A DNA stretch of 64,000 nt from Heteronotia binoei. Taxonomy: Eukaryota. Every line of letters begins with the position of its first letter. The first letter of the stretch is position 1. Made by a program: the position numbers and the translations under genes. The DNA lies in contig NC_083228.1 of the NCBI RefSeq assembly GCF_032191835.1, positions 79,298,001 to 79,362,000 on the forward strand. Reading direction: 5' to 3'. Of this stretch, positions 24,901 through 64,000 are shown piece by piece. A model generated the notes under the pieces. It was not told the DNA's origin and made no database searches. It saw only the letters and a program-made list of their open reading frames with translations.

Positions 24901-27900
24901 TCTTGCTGCACTTTGATGAATGTTGCAATTGGTTTTATTATGATTTTATTGTGATTTTATTTCTATTTGCTGTACTCTGCTCTGAGCCCCCAATGGGGGA
25001 ATGGGCGGAATATAAACAAACAAACAATAATAATAATAGAACTAAGCTGTACTTTAGAGGCTAGGTCTATGCACATACTTTCCCCTTGGATCCTCCAGTT
25101 CTAGAGTTTGTTTGGCAGTGATGCTGGAGTGAAGATAGCAGCAGCAAACAAATCAACTGTGCACAAATACTGAATATGAAAACTATGTATATGCTCTATT
25201 TAAAATAAAATACATGTGAACAATATTGTTTTACAAATTCTTACAATACAAAGTATTCATACAATGATTCAACAAGTTAAGCACATCAATACTCTTCCCT
25301 TCAGTAGATGAAAATGTCCAGAGATTCCACTGTGTTCTTTATAGGTCTATATAAGACAGTTGATTTGTTTTCTGCCATTGACCTCACTGTGTGTTCCTTG
25401 TGTAGACATGGAGTGAAGATAACAGCATAATTTTAAGAAGAGTTACACAATTTAATGCCCAGCCTAGTTGATGGATGTAGCTGCTTGGACTGTGTATTTA
25501 TGGAACCACTAACTGTAGTTATGGAATGCACTTACGGCTAAGAGTGGCCCTGCAGTTTTTGTTTTTTAAGTTGGGTTTTTAAAGAATGGAGACTTGTTTT
25601 GTTTAATTCACTGAATTTGGTCCAACAGCAAAATGCTTATTTATTTATTTATTTATTCCATAACTTATATCCCACCCTTCCCACAAAATGGCTCAGGGCG
25701 GCTCACAGCAAACAATAAAACAATAAAACAGAGTTCAGAATTATTACATTTAAAAGTTAAAACATTTAAAAACCTAAAAACCTTAAAATTTTAACATTAA
25801 ATCTATACCATATGAGTCACAGAAGTCTAATAAGCTACATTTATTTCCCAGTCAGGCGTAGGCTAACCGGAAGAGGGTTGTCTTACAGGCCCTGCGGAAC
25901 TGAGCAAGGTCCCGCAGGGCCCTCACCTCTTCCGGCAGCTGGTTCCACCCTGTAGGGGCCATTGTGGAAAAGGCCCTGTCTCTGGTTGTCTTGAGACGGA
26001 CTTCCTTAGGCCCGGGGATGGTGAGAAGGTTTTGAGTCCCAGACCTCAGTACTCTCTGGGGAACGTGTGGGGAGAGACGGTCCTTCAGGTAGGCAGGTCC
26101 CAGGCCATAAAGGGCTTTAAAGGTAATGACCAGCACCTTGTACCGGACTCAGTATGTTATTGGGAGCCAGTGCAGAGCCCGGAGACCCGGCCGAATGTGC
26201 CCCCACCTTGGGAGGCCCAATAACAGCCGGGCTGCAGCATTCTGCACCAGCTGCAATTTCCGGGTCCGGCACAGGGACAGCCCCATGTAGAGGGCATTGC
26301 AGTAATCCAACCTCGAGGTGACCGTAGCGTGGATCACTGTTGCTAGGTCGTCGCGGTCCAGGAAGGGGGCCAACTGCCTTGCCCGTCTAAGATGAAAAAA
26401 CGCGGACTTGGCAGTGGTTGCTATCTGAGCCTCCATCTTTAGGGACGGCTCCAGTAGCACCCCCAGGCTCTTGACCCTGTCCGCCGCCGTCAGCGGTGCA
26501 CCGTCAAAAGCTGGCAAGGGGATTTCCCCCCCCCCCGGTCCTCGACGACCCAAACAAAGGACCTCTGTCTTCGCAGGATTCAGTCTCAGTCCACTCAGTC
26601 TGAGCCACTCAGCCACGGCCTGTAGTGCCCGATCCAGATTTTCTGGGGCGCAGACCGGTCGGCCGTCCATAAGTAGATAGAGCTGGGTGTCATCAGCGTA
26701 CTGGTGACACCCCAGCCCATACCTTCGGGCAATCTGGGCAAGAGGTCGCATATAGATGTTAAATAACATCGGGGAGAGAACCGCTCCCTGGGGCACTCCA
26801 CAGTTAAGTGTGCACCTCCGGGATAGCTCCCCCCCAATCGCGACCCTTTGTCCCCGACCTTCAAGGAAAGAGGAAAGCCACTGCAAGGCCAGCCCCTGAA
26901 TCCCCGCGTCAGCGAGGCGGCAAGTCAGTAGCCGATGGTCGACCGTATCGAACGCCGCCGACAAGTCCAACAACATCAGCACTGCCGAGCCACCCCTATC
27001 CAGATGCCGTTGAATGCTGCTTCTGGGATATAGGCTGAGACTATTAGATTATTTGTTTTTACTAATCTTCATCTACCTATATGAGATGGAAGTATCCAAT
27101 TATAGCTTGAGAGAATCCTTTTGCTTAGCTTCCCATTGCCTTCTTCATCTTCACTCTTCAAGTGTGAAATCCTGCTTGTCCACCAGGAAGTTGCACTTTA
27201 ACTTGTGCTCTTAATTTACAGGTGCTGGCCGCCTTGAATTGTGTGCTAATCTGATGGAAGGAGGAACGACACCTAGCATTGGTGAGTTGGCACATACAAG
27301 CCAAGATGCAACCCACCAGCTTTCTGCACTGTGTACTGAGCAGCCAAGCAATAAGGGGATAGTAACTGGTCCTGGTAGGAACATAGTACTGGACCGTCCG
27401 TCCACCAGACTCTGTGCCCATGAAAGAGGGAGGAAGTAGCTGGTGTTTGTTATCAATTTATTAAAATGTACATCACTGTTCACCAGTCACTGAAACTATA
27501 GTGGTTTCTACTTACTCTTGTAATAAAACAATGGATTTTTCATTGGCATCTTCTGAGCTTGTGACAAGGCAAGCTGTAGTTCTGTCATCCTTTTTCAGCA
27601 GCCCTATATCTCTTATGTTCAAAGAAGGCCTTTCCTTCCTCTTGCAGCTGCAAGATCCTTTATTGAGAATCATACTTTTTGGCAGATTGGTGGGTCTTTG
27701 TCGCTCTGCAAAGTTCTAGTTTCTGCTTTCTATTCATTGGCATAGATTGCTGTTAACTAATTCCATGTCCAGAACTAAATCTCTTTTTGCTTGCAGGACT
27801 TTTGCAAGTAGTGAAGCAGTGTATAAGGGTGCCTGTATTTGTGATGATCCGTCCCCGAGGGGGGGATTTCCTCTATTCTGACCGGGAAGTGGAAGTAATG

Positions 27901-30900
27901 AAGGCTGACATCCGACTGGCCAAGCAATATGGGGCTGATGGACTGGTGTTTGGAGCCTTGACTGAGGATGGGCGTGTAGACACAGAGCTCTGCACAGCAC
28001 TATTGGGTGAGAGGCCATATTTCCAAAACCAAATCGCCTTCCACTACTGCCTTTATTTATTTATTTGTACCTGCCTTTCCACACCAAAATGTATGTTCTG
28101 TGTCTCACAGATATATAAAGCAAAAACACAGAAAACAAGCAAAAACAGAAAACAAACAAAAACCATGATAGAGCTACATTATAAATACACTGAAAGTTCA
28201 AAAACAGTAAAACAATAAAAGTTTAACACTTCTGAAAAAAACGGAGAGACCATGATTTTTAAAGGCATTCTGGAATAAAAAGGTATTTGATGACAGAAGG
28301 CCTGTAGTGAGGAACTGGTAGGGGTGTGCGCTTGGTATAAAGTGAGCTGGAAAAATACCCAGTAAATACCTTATCAGTATTTAATCAGTGATCAGCTAAA
28401 AAAATACTGGATAATACCTTATTGTTATTTATTGGGTATTTTCTCAGCTGATCACTCAGCTATCTGAAATTGGCCACCTGGAAAAATCATGAAAATATTT
28501 GGGATTTTTTGGGGCTGCCAGGTAGCTGCGGTCACAGTGCATTTAAAGGACTTTCAGTCCCTTTAAATGCCTTCAGAGTTCACTTGCTGTGGTGTGGAGT
28601 TGTACTGTGGCTTGGAGAAGGCATTTAAAGGGAACACATAACTTTCAATGCCTTCTCCCCCTCTATTGGAAACAATGGAAGATGGGGTACCTTATTCTGG
28701 AGCCCATAGAATTGGACCCTCTGGTCCAGTCTTTTTGAAACTGGAGGGTGGTTGAGGAGAGACACAAGCAGCTATGCTGCAAATTTGGTGCCTCTGCTTC
28801 AAAACACACACACCCAGATACCCCCAGATAAAGTCTCCAGTATGGCTTATGGGAACTATTGACTATAATGGAGTTAAAAAAAATGATCAGTCTCGAATAT
28901 TTCCCAAATCCCAATACTATACTGATATTAGGATTCAAGAATATCAAGAAATACTGATATTTTCCAGGCTCAATATCAATTTTTTTTGCATGTACACCCC
29001 TAGGAATTATACTGTTTGCTCTAATGGAACTGTTTGGGGTGGAGGGCTCTGTTTACAAAGCTAGAATTAGAAGAGTTGTCTTTGACCCCCCTGTTGGGAA
29101 GGGAAAGATTCTTGCTGAATAAATGTGTGGTAACCATTGGGATCTCTTCTTTTTGCAGCTGTTTCTCGCCCTTTGCCGGTCACCTTCCATAGAGGTGAGT
29201 GTCTGGGGCTCGGAGTGGGGAAGGGAGGGTGACAGTCTGAATTGCTGTCCTGCAGACTGATGACCCATCCATGATAATCATGCCAGCAGGAACTCATTTG
29301 CCTATTAGGCCACACCCCCTGATGTCACCATTGTTTCACGCAGAGCTTTTTTGTAGAAAAAGCCCAGGAGAACACATTTGCAATTAGGCCACACACCCTT
29401 ACACCAAGCCAGCTGGAACTTCATTCCTGTGTGTTCCTGCTCAAAAAAAAAAGCCCTGAGTCTGAGTACTGCACATATTAGTAGACTAAACAACAGGGTT
29501 TAGTAATAAGATCTGGGCTTTCAACATGTGGGTTACATTCGCATCATAGTGTTTGCTTTTGGGGGAGGGGTTCCCAGAAAAACTGACATGTTCCATTTTC
29601 CTTGCAGCTTTTGACATGGTATATGACCCACTGGCAGCCCTGGAGACACTGATATCACTAGGGCTTGAACGAGTGTTGACCAGTGGCTGTGACAGCTCAG
29701 CTCTGGAGGGGCTGCCCTTGATAAAGCGACTGACAGAACAGGTGAAGCATAATTTCTCCCAACTTAGTAACTGTGTTAATACCTTTTGCTTTCCTTCTTG
29801 GAGATAGCTGTCACAAGAACCAGTCAAAAAATAATGACAGTAAAAGAATACCAACCTGCTGTAGGCTTCCAGTGGGTGGCTGGGTCAGCGGTGATGACAG
29901 GTCAAGTTTTACTATACAGAACTTTGCCTTGCATTATCAAAAAATCTAGCTTCTCTTGGTATCCTACTCATTTCCATTGGTCATTGCAATGGATTAGGAC
30001 CCTTTTCCTGAGGTTGGTACACAGTATGTGAGCATAAGCACACACATACAAAACATATTTCCAGTAGAATGCATGAGACCCAGAAAAGTCCACAAAGAAA
30101 CCATCCAGCATCTCAAGGTGGCTTCCACTTTTTCTTCTCACATTGGGGTAAAGTTGAAGAAGTCTCATTGGGCTAAGGAACAGCCTTCCTCAACATCTCA
30201 TTTAAAGTGAAATGAAGTTCTATATAGTGGAGGATGTTCAGAACAAAGACAGAAATAGAATTCCAAGCTTCCATGAGTAATAGGATTAATGGCCCCCAAC
30301 TACTTATTAAAATACTGTTATGTAAGTAAATGAATTCAGTGCTTTAACCACTTACTGAGACACTGAGAACGGTGGCTGACCAAGAGGAACAGCCTTGTTG
30401 TACATCATAAAATATAACCATTAACAGACAAAGATATCTTTGCTTCAGTGGGTTCTGATGTGCTGGGAGTAGGTGGTTTTGCCTGGAGTTAACACCAAAT
30501 GTGTAGAGTACTGAAGTTCATCCATTCTTAGATGGAGGTGAAGATCAGTATCTGCTCTGTCCTCTGAGGTGAAATCTGCACTTGGAAAATTAGTTCTGAG
30601 AGGTGTACAAGGCTCATGACATCAACTTAACTAGAGCAAAGAACTGGAAAAGCATCATAGCATCCCAAAGCTAAATTCCAAACATACATTCTGCATTCTT
30701 ACCAAGAGAATCATGCTATCTATGTGATGCCATCCTTTTCCAGTTTAATTTGTATTGAATTGAAGCCTTCTCAGCCAGGATCTGCATGCCTCATGGAGCA
30801 ATCTCCCTGAGGCACACAGATCCAGGAGCTGACTTTTTCTGTGGCTTGGTTAAAACTGTGCTGCAGGAGAAGCTGCCCCAGCCAGTATCCATCCAGATCA

Positions 30901-33330
30901 CAGATCTGTCTCTCCGGTACGGTTTAAACCAGGCTGCAGGAAAAACCATCCCAGCCAGAATCAGCCTGCATCAGGGAGTGATCTCCCTGTAGCATTCTGA
31001 TTCAGGAGCTGGCTTCTCCTGCAGCCTGGTTTAAACCACACTGCAGAAGGAGCCAGACCCAGGATCTGCAAGGCACACAGATTCTGGCTGGGACAACTTC
31101 TTCTGCAGTGCAGTTTAGACTAGGCTGCAGGAGAAACCAGCCAATCCCCAGGATCAGGCTGATGTGCTTTTTTTTTAATCCTGTGTTTTTCTTCTCAGGT
31201 CCATTGGACCTAGGGGGAGGAGGGAAAGGGATTTCTGAAAAATCCCAGCTGTGAATACCATAGTGGTATTGGAATCCAGAATTTTTCTGGAATACCGAAA
31301 AATTTTAGGGTCCAGTAGTCCTGAACTGAAAATTAGTGAATTTAAGAAAAAATGCATGTCCCTAATTTCTACATAAAAACCAGTATATTTTGCACAGAAT
31401 ACCAGATAAGTGAATTTATAAGAGATGTGATTGCGAATCACTAAGTATAAAATGCCTTGTCATTTAACATAAAACCTTTAAGATTTGCTAAACAATTGGA
31501 CTGGAAATGTGACTTCTCCATTGTTGCCTGGTCTTGAGCTTTACATGTTTGTTCTGTTACAAGCAAAGCTACTAAACCCTTTTCCTCTTCCTTTTCAGGC
31601 CAGGGGCAGGATCATTGTTGTGCCAGGTAGGACCCTGCTTGGGAGCACATATATGTACCAAGAAGCAGAATAGATCAAAGCTCGAGCATCAACCCAGTAT
31701 ATTGTTAAGCACTTCTCCAGGACTTGAGAAGTCTCATGCTACTGGTAAAAGGTTGCTTTTTGCTGTTTGGATGAGTCATGTCACTGGTGAAGTACATCTT
31801 TGTTATCTGCTTATTTACAAATACAGAAATAGATCAGAAGAGAAACAGAATATGCTTCTGCAACAGGCAGCACAACTACTGAATCTACGTCAGGTTCCCT
31901 TAGAAACACCGTTGACCCCTATCCTAGCCCAAGGCTGCTTCTAGTCAAGCTAAACTCATAGTTCTAAACCCTCTATCTGAACAGCTTCTAGCTATCTCTC
32001 TATTCCTCCTTCAGTCTCTAATGGGTATCGTGCTATGAAGGCGGGAGCAAGAGAGAATTCCTTACCAGTAAGGAATGTTAATGTTCTTTTTTCAAGTCCC
32101 TGACTACTTGTAAGTTTGGTAGACAAAACCATAACAATGAACTCCTTCATGTTAATCAGGGCAGCCGAACTTTTAGCTACATAATGCCCAAGTGCACCAA
32201 CTTTTCTAGCAGAAATATCCTTGTTTCAAGGAAGTACAAGATTTAGAGGATGTAGCTCCTTCAAGTACTTGAAGGGCTGTCATATAGAGGATGGTATGGA
32301 ATTGTTTTCTGTGCCCCCGGAAGGTAGGACCAGAACCAATGGCTTGAAATTAAATCAAAAGAGTTTCCGGCTCAACATTAGGAAGAACTTCCTGACTGTT
32401 ATAGCGATTCCTCAGTGGAACAGGCTTTCCTGGGTGGTGGTGGGCTCTCCTTCCTTGGAGGTTTTTAAACAGAGGCTAGATGGCCATCTGACAGCAATGA
32501 AGATCCTGTGAATTTAGGGGGAGGTGTTTGTGAGTTTCCTGCATTGTGCAGAGGGTTGGACTTGACGACCCTAGAGGTCCCTTCCAACTCTATGATTCCT
32601 GAACCACTGTGTCAGCAGCATCCATTAATATTAGGGTCTGATGTATTTTCTAAATCATCCTCAGGTTCAAAACAGAGGAATGATCTTGTATTTTGTGTTG
32701 CTGGGAATCTGGCTCTTTCTGGAAGCAATGGGGCATCAGATTTGTGACTGTGCAATACATTCTCTCCACCAGGGGGAGGCATAACTGAGAGAAACCTGCA
32801 GAGAATCTTGGAAGGCTCTGGTGCATCTGAGTTTCACTGCTCAGCTCGCTCAGCTAGTGACTCTGGCATGAAGTTCAGGTAACTGGGCAAGATTTTTCCT
32901 TGATTTACTGAGCAGTCCATGCTTTAAGGGCTTCTTTCAGTTCCACTGCCTAGGCTAGTGATCTGGGTAAGAATATGGGGAGCAGTAGAAACTGACAGGC
33001 AAGAGCCTGACCCTTATGTATTAGGCATGAACACCTGCCTATAGTGCCTGTGGATGAGGAAGCATTTGCTATATCTGACAGTTCTTCCATCTGACAGCAG
33101 ACTATGTCTTGATGGATGTTGTGCATTGACCCAATCAAGAAGGAACAGACCTTGGGGTAGTCTTTTAACTTGCTGTTCTGGATGCAATCCAGACGGTCTC
33201 TTGTTGGTTTTCTTTCAGGAATCCCAGCGTAACCATGGGAGGCTACCTTTCTGCATCTGAATATTCCATCAAGGTGGCAGATGTGGCTAAAGTGAGGACC
33301 CTGAATGCAATAGCAAAGAACATCCTGTAG
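18981..33330 (+). CDS. CUTC: Copper homeostasis protein CutC homolog, 9 coding exons, 269 aa
   Basis: Exons: 18981-19032, 22016-22087, 27222-27281, 27797-28006, 29159-29194, 29608-29741, 31599-31626, 32773-32878, 33219-33330; all GT-AG, total 810 nt in frame. Motifs MEVCVDS, LELC, GGTTPS, VMIRPRGGDF, TFHRAFD, RVLTSG, PGGGI, EFHCS. Confidence 0.96.
20106..20320 (+). mobile_element. CR1 3' end
   Basis: CCTGCATTGTGCAGGGGCTTGGACTAGATGACCCTGAAGGTCCCTTTCAACTCTATG. Confidence 0.75.
22470..22755 (+). mobile_element. Squam3-like SINE
   Basis: Same head and core; (CAT)n tail. Confidence 0.85.
23109..23244. mobile_element. Palindromic hAT MITE (136 bp)
   Basis: CAGGAGTGGCCAATGGTAGCTCTCCAGATG ... CATCTGGAGAGCTACCGTTGGCCACCCCTG; 8-bp TSD GCTTAGAC/GCTTAGAT. 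Confidence 0.88.
23270..25040 (+). mobile_element. 5'-truncated L2 LINE (RT domain plus 3' UTR), decayed
   Basis: NYRPVSNLLFLGKVVEK, QYGFRPGHGTET, HQYADDTQLY, RLDYCNSL, KLQQVQNAAARLL, LHWLP; several frameshifts; A-rich tail near 25010-25040. Confidence 0.92.
25636..27021 (-). mobile_element. 5'-truncated, relatively young L2 LINE
   Basis: ORF 26982-26149: LDLSAAFDTVDH, GVPQGAVLSPMLFNIY, HQYADDTQLY, KLQLVQNAAARLL; continues in frame past one stop to 25852; (TATT)n tail at about 25636-25657. Confidence 0.94.
28321..29000. mobile_element. TA-flanked non-autonomous DNA transposon
   Basis: TIRs GGGGTGTGC / GTACACCCC with TA on both sides; internal inverted AT-rich subterminal repeats. Superfamily not determinable. 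Confidence 0.6.
30819..31160. repeat. Array of four degenerate palindromic units centred on GGTTTAAACC
   Basis: Centres near 30852, 30925, 31032 and 31116; best unit CTGGCTTCTCCTGCAGCCTGGTTT|AAACCACACTGCAGAAGGAGCCAG. Confidence 0.7.
32245..32597 (+). mobile_element. CR1 3' fragment
   Basis: FKYLKGCHIEDGMELFSVPPEGRTRTNGLKL...RLNIRKNFLT...WNRL...PSLEVFKQRLDGHL and CR1 tail. Confidence 0.9.
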
Positions 33331-33613
33331 AACAAGAGTGCTGTGTGTGGATAGGAAGACCCAAAGTCTTGGGATCTTCCCAGGCCTTAGACATAGACAT
33401 TTCAACATCATCCAAGCCAGTGTTTAAAGGACATGAGTCAACCCAATGAAGAAGCTTGTGGTTGTTTTTCTTGCACTTCCTGCTCTGGCCCCCACATGGT
33501 CTTTTCCTTAGTTGTAATGGTGTTTGTCTGTGGGGAACATATACTGGGGAGGGATGGGGCTTAGCTAAAGGGGCACACCACTGGGAAACACTGCCTATGA
33601 TTGTCACTCCTCA

Positions 33614-33619
33614 AATAAA
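33614..33619 (+). terminator. Probable CUTC polyadenylation signal
   Basis: AATAAA about 285 nt after the CUTC stop codon. Confidence 0.5.
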
Positions 33620-35738
33620 CCCTGAAGCTGCTTTATGTCAATGTGGGTCTTCTTCACGTAGAGGCCATGGCAAGTCTTTGAAGAGCTCCAGAAGAAAGTG
33701 TTCCAGTTGTATGCAGCCTTGGAGGGCTTCTGGTAAGTGTTTATTCTAGACCAGAGATAGGTAACTGTTTCAGCCCAAATGTCAAAACCCTGTCATCATC
33801 TATTTATTTTATTCGATTTATATCCCGCCCTACCCCATCTACCTGTGAAGATCCTGGTGTGCTGTCAAACAAAAATCAGGGGTGGCGGTGGTGGCCAGGA
33901 TGAGGGTTGTACTGGGCTAGGCACACGGTCCCGTCGGCACAGTCATGGCCCTTTGGGCAAAGAACAAGTCCTGTTTGCGGAGAAAATAATCTAGCATGTT
34001 GCTGACTGGCATGCATGTCAGGGGTTGCCTTTCCTTCTTCAAACAGGCTGCAGGAGTAACGAATGTGTCAGAGGTGCCAGGCTTCCGGTTGCCTGGTTCA
34101 TTTCATCTGAAGTGGAAGTCTCTGCCAGTTATGAAGCAACCAGAAGTTTGGAAGCAACCAGAGATCTACTTTAGGAGTTGTGCAATGTTCACAAAGAATA
34201 CTTGTGTGAGAAAGCAACAGTTGGATGAGTGTACAGTGTACCCCTTGTGCCTGATTCCAGAAATTGGTTAGTATGGTTCTCAGATGCTCTGAAGTAATAG
34301 AAAGCAGTAGGGAGGGTTTTATAGAGCTGTGGTTATGTGTGCTACCAGAGCAACATTTTTTTATTTGCCTTTCATGGCATCTGACCCTACTTTGCAAGAA
34401 CCATAGGAAGTGCAGGTAATTCCCCAGGTGTGCTGCCATTCTGCAAGAATAATATTTTGAAGAGGTCAAACAAGTTCATTGTATTTTTATCTAACTCAGT
34501 CAAGGGAAGTCTGGAAAATTGGAAGTTTATGTTAGATTGTTTAAGGGCCTGGGATGTGGTTTCTTTGGGTCATTGCAGAATTTGACTCAAAATTCAGTTC
34601 AAGCAAATGAATAATCCCTGTTCATGAGAGAATCATGCACTGAAGGCAGTGCAACTTGATTTCACTGCAAAATTGGATTGGGAGATTAGTTTGCTCTTCA
34701 TTATGGAAACGTTATTTTCCTTCTCTGGCTTCCAAGGGGAGATGTTTGCTACTGTCCCACGGTACAGGAGGAGCAGCTAATACAGCATTGTCTATTGATT
34801 AGTCAATAATTAACTGCAAGGGATGGAAACTGCCTGTTTGATGGACGTTGGACCCTCTTGTTTGGATCAAATCATAATAAGTGCCAGGTTTACTGATTGT
34901 GTAAGGAATGAGACAGCAGAATCTCTCTGGACTCTGTTCACCGTATTTCAGTGGCAGTTGTAGGGGACAATATTACCACTGAAAGGGAGGGGTCAATAAG
35001 AGAAGAGGTTCACAGCATATTTGGCCTTTAATCTTGGAAAGTTGTTCCTAGTGCTCCCTATTTTGTTCAACCTTGAAGAGAGTTTATTTTTTTTAAATTC
35101 TGCCTTCCCCGATTGAAATGTAGAGATCTCCAGTGTTGCTTCAATCTCTAAGACGGGATTCTGTGAAATGAAAGGAATTGTGCTATGGGTACAAATTAAT
35201 TGCTGTGGATACAAATTAATAAATGGGAATACTGCAACAGCTGTGTAGTTTCAGAAGCCTTTTGCAAAGACAAAATAGGAGATTGACCTATCCTAGCTCT
35301 GATTCTCCAATCTTAGAATGCATAGGGAAAAAGTTTGGTAAACAGTCTGCAGCAGGAAAGGAGCCAGGTTGATCATCTTGGCTGGGACAGGAGCTGTCTT
35401 TCCAGACAATAGCTACATCAATGAGTGTTATTACATCAATCAGTTTTATTTAGTGTAACTAAATCACATCACTAAAAGGATTCTCCCACCTCAAAACACA
35501 TAAAATTTACAAAAGTATTAGAGGATTAAAGAGGATTATTTACATTTCAGATTAGTGGCACTGTCATCCCAAGCACTGTCATCCTGCCTTCTCCTAGGGC
35601 AACATGCTGCTCTCCATTGGAATCTATTATTTTCCTTCCCCTGGAACCTCTGGGAACTCCTTCCTGGCTTCCGTAGCTGCATCATCCAGGCAAACTGAGT
35701 TCATGAATTGGTTCCAAGGGGCTGAATGTGCATAAGGA

Positions 35739-35813
35739 GTTAATGATTAATGAACTGTCATCAAGATACTGTTTCTGGACCCCCCAGTGTTGGGCGTGTG
35801 AGACTTTTGCCCT
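35739..35813 (+). promoter_or_regulatory. ABCC2 proximal promoter with HNF1 site and HNF4-like DR1
   Basis: GTTAATGATTAAT at 35739-35751 (12/13 match to HNF1 consensus GTTAATNATTAAC). AGACTTTTGCCCT at 35801-35813 (reverse AGGGCA-A-AAGTCT, DR1-like). Both lie within 140 bp of the Kozak CACCATGG at 35875. Confidence 0.65.
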
Positions 35814-35874
35814 GTTCAGCTTCCTGTGCCTGATTCAACAGCTGGGCAATAGCAAGAGGAGACAGTGCCTCACC

Positions 35875-63748
<27,874 letters not shown>

Positions 63749-64000
63749 GTAAGAGGCATCACCCAAAATGAGGTAAAGGGATACTAGCTGAGATCACCTT
63801 CCACAGTGCATCTTGATCAAGGATGAGCCACATGTCAAATCTTTTCTCTGAGCAGAAGAGACAAATGCCCATTTGTAAGATGACCTAATATGGTGGCCCT
63901 TAAGAATCATTCTTCCTACATTTACCAGCATCCTGATGTCTTATGATTCCATGCTTTTGACTCTTAGTGGAGATGGGTGAAGAGCTGGAACTAGATGGAG

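Noticed and set aside
26149-26982. Intact or domesticated reverse transcriptase gene
   Set aside because: 5'-truncated L2 copy lacking the endonuclease and RT N-terminus, with a stop at 26149-26151, no splice sites and no promoter.
23270-27021. Inverted L2 pair forming long dsRNA in CUTC intron 2
   Set aside because: The two copies belong to visibly different subfamilies, similar at protein level but too diverged at nucleotide level for extended pairing, judged by eye.
30819-31160. CRISPR-like array
   Set aside because: Vertebrate intron; repeats are degenerate with irregular period and the linkers are partly homologous; no cas genes.

Overview
Vertebrate genomic DNA, most likely a squamate and probably a gecko (inferred from Squam3/Squam2-type SINEs, CR1, L2, hAT MITEs and DIRS elements). 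No prokaryotic features and no CRISPR array. Four spliced host genes were reconstructed exon by exon from GT-AG boundaries and frame continuity. ATP6V0E2-like (minus) has exons 1-2 in the window and runs off the left edge. COX15 (minus) is complete, 9 exons, 407 aa. CUTC (plus) is complete, 9 exons, 269 aa, head-to-head with COX15 with 236 bp between start codons. ABCC2/MRP2 (plus) has exons 1-19 and runs off the right edge. Two DIRS1-type tyrosine-recombinase retrotransposons of different subfamilies lie in introns, both sense to the host gene. One has an uninterrupted gag frame of at least 537 codons that the ORF track missed (1-2029, minus). The other is structurally complete but decayed (about 44584-50315, plus), with ITRs, ICR, gag, RT/RNase H/adenine-MTase and YR. 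The most interesting signals are in the second element. After repairing one frameshift, the gag frame continues past a single TGA-CTT stop for about 750 stop-free codons overlapping RT/RNaseH/MTase and runs into the recombinase, suggesting readthrough and dual coding. It also carries a splice acceptor in frame with the gag ATG, and its right end abuts the predicted ABCC2 exon 8 branch point. Also present are a 1277-bp solo LTR antisense in ABCC2 intron 12, several nested DNA transposons with target-site duplications, MITE-borne ETS-CRE composite motifs and an unexplained array of palindromes in CUTC intron 6.
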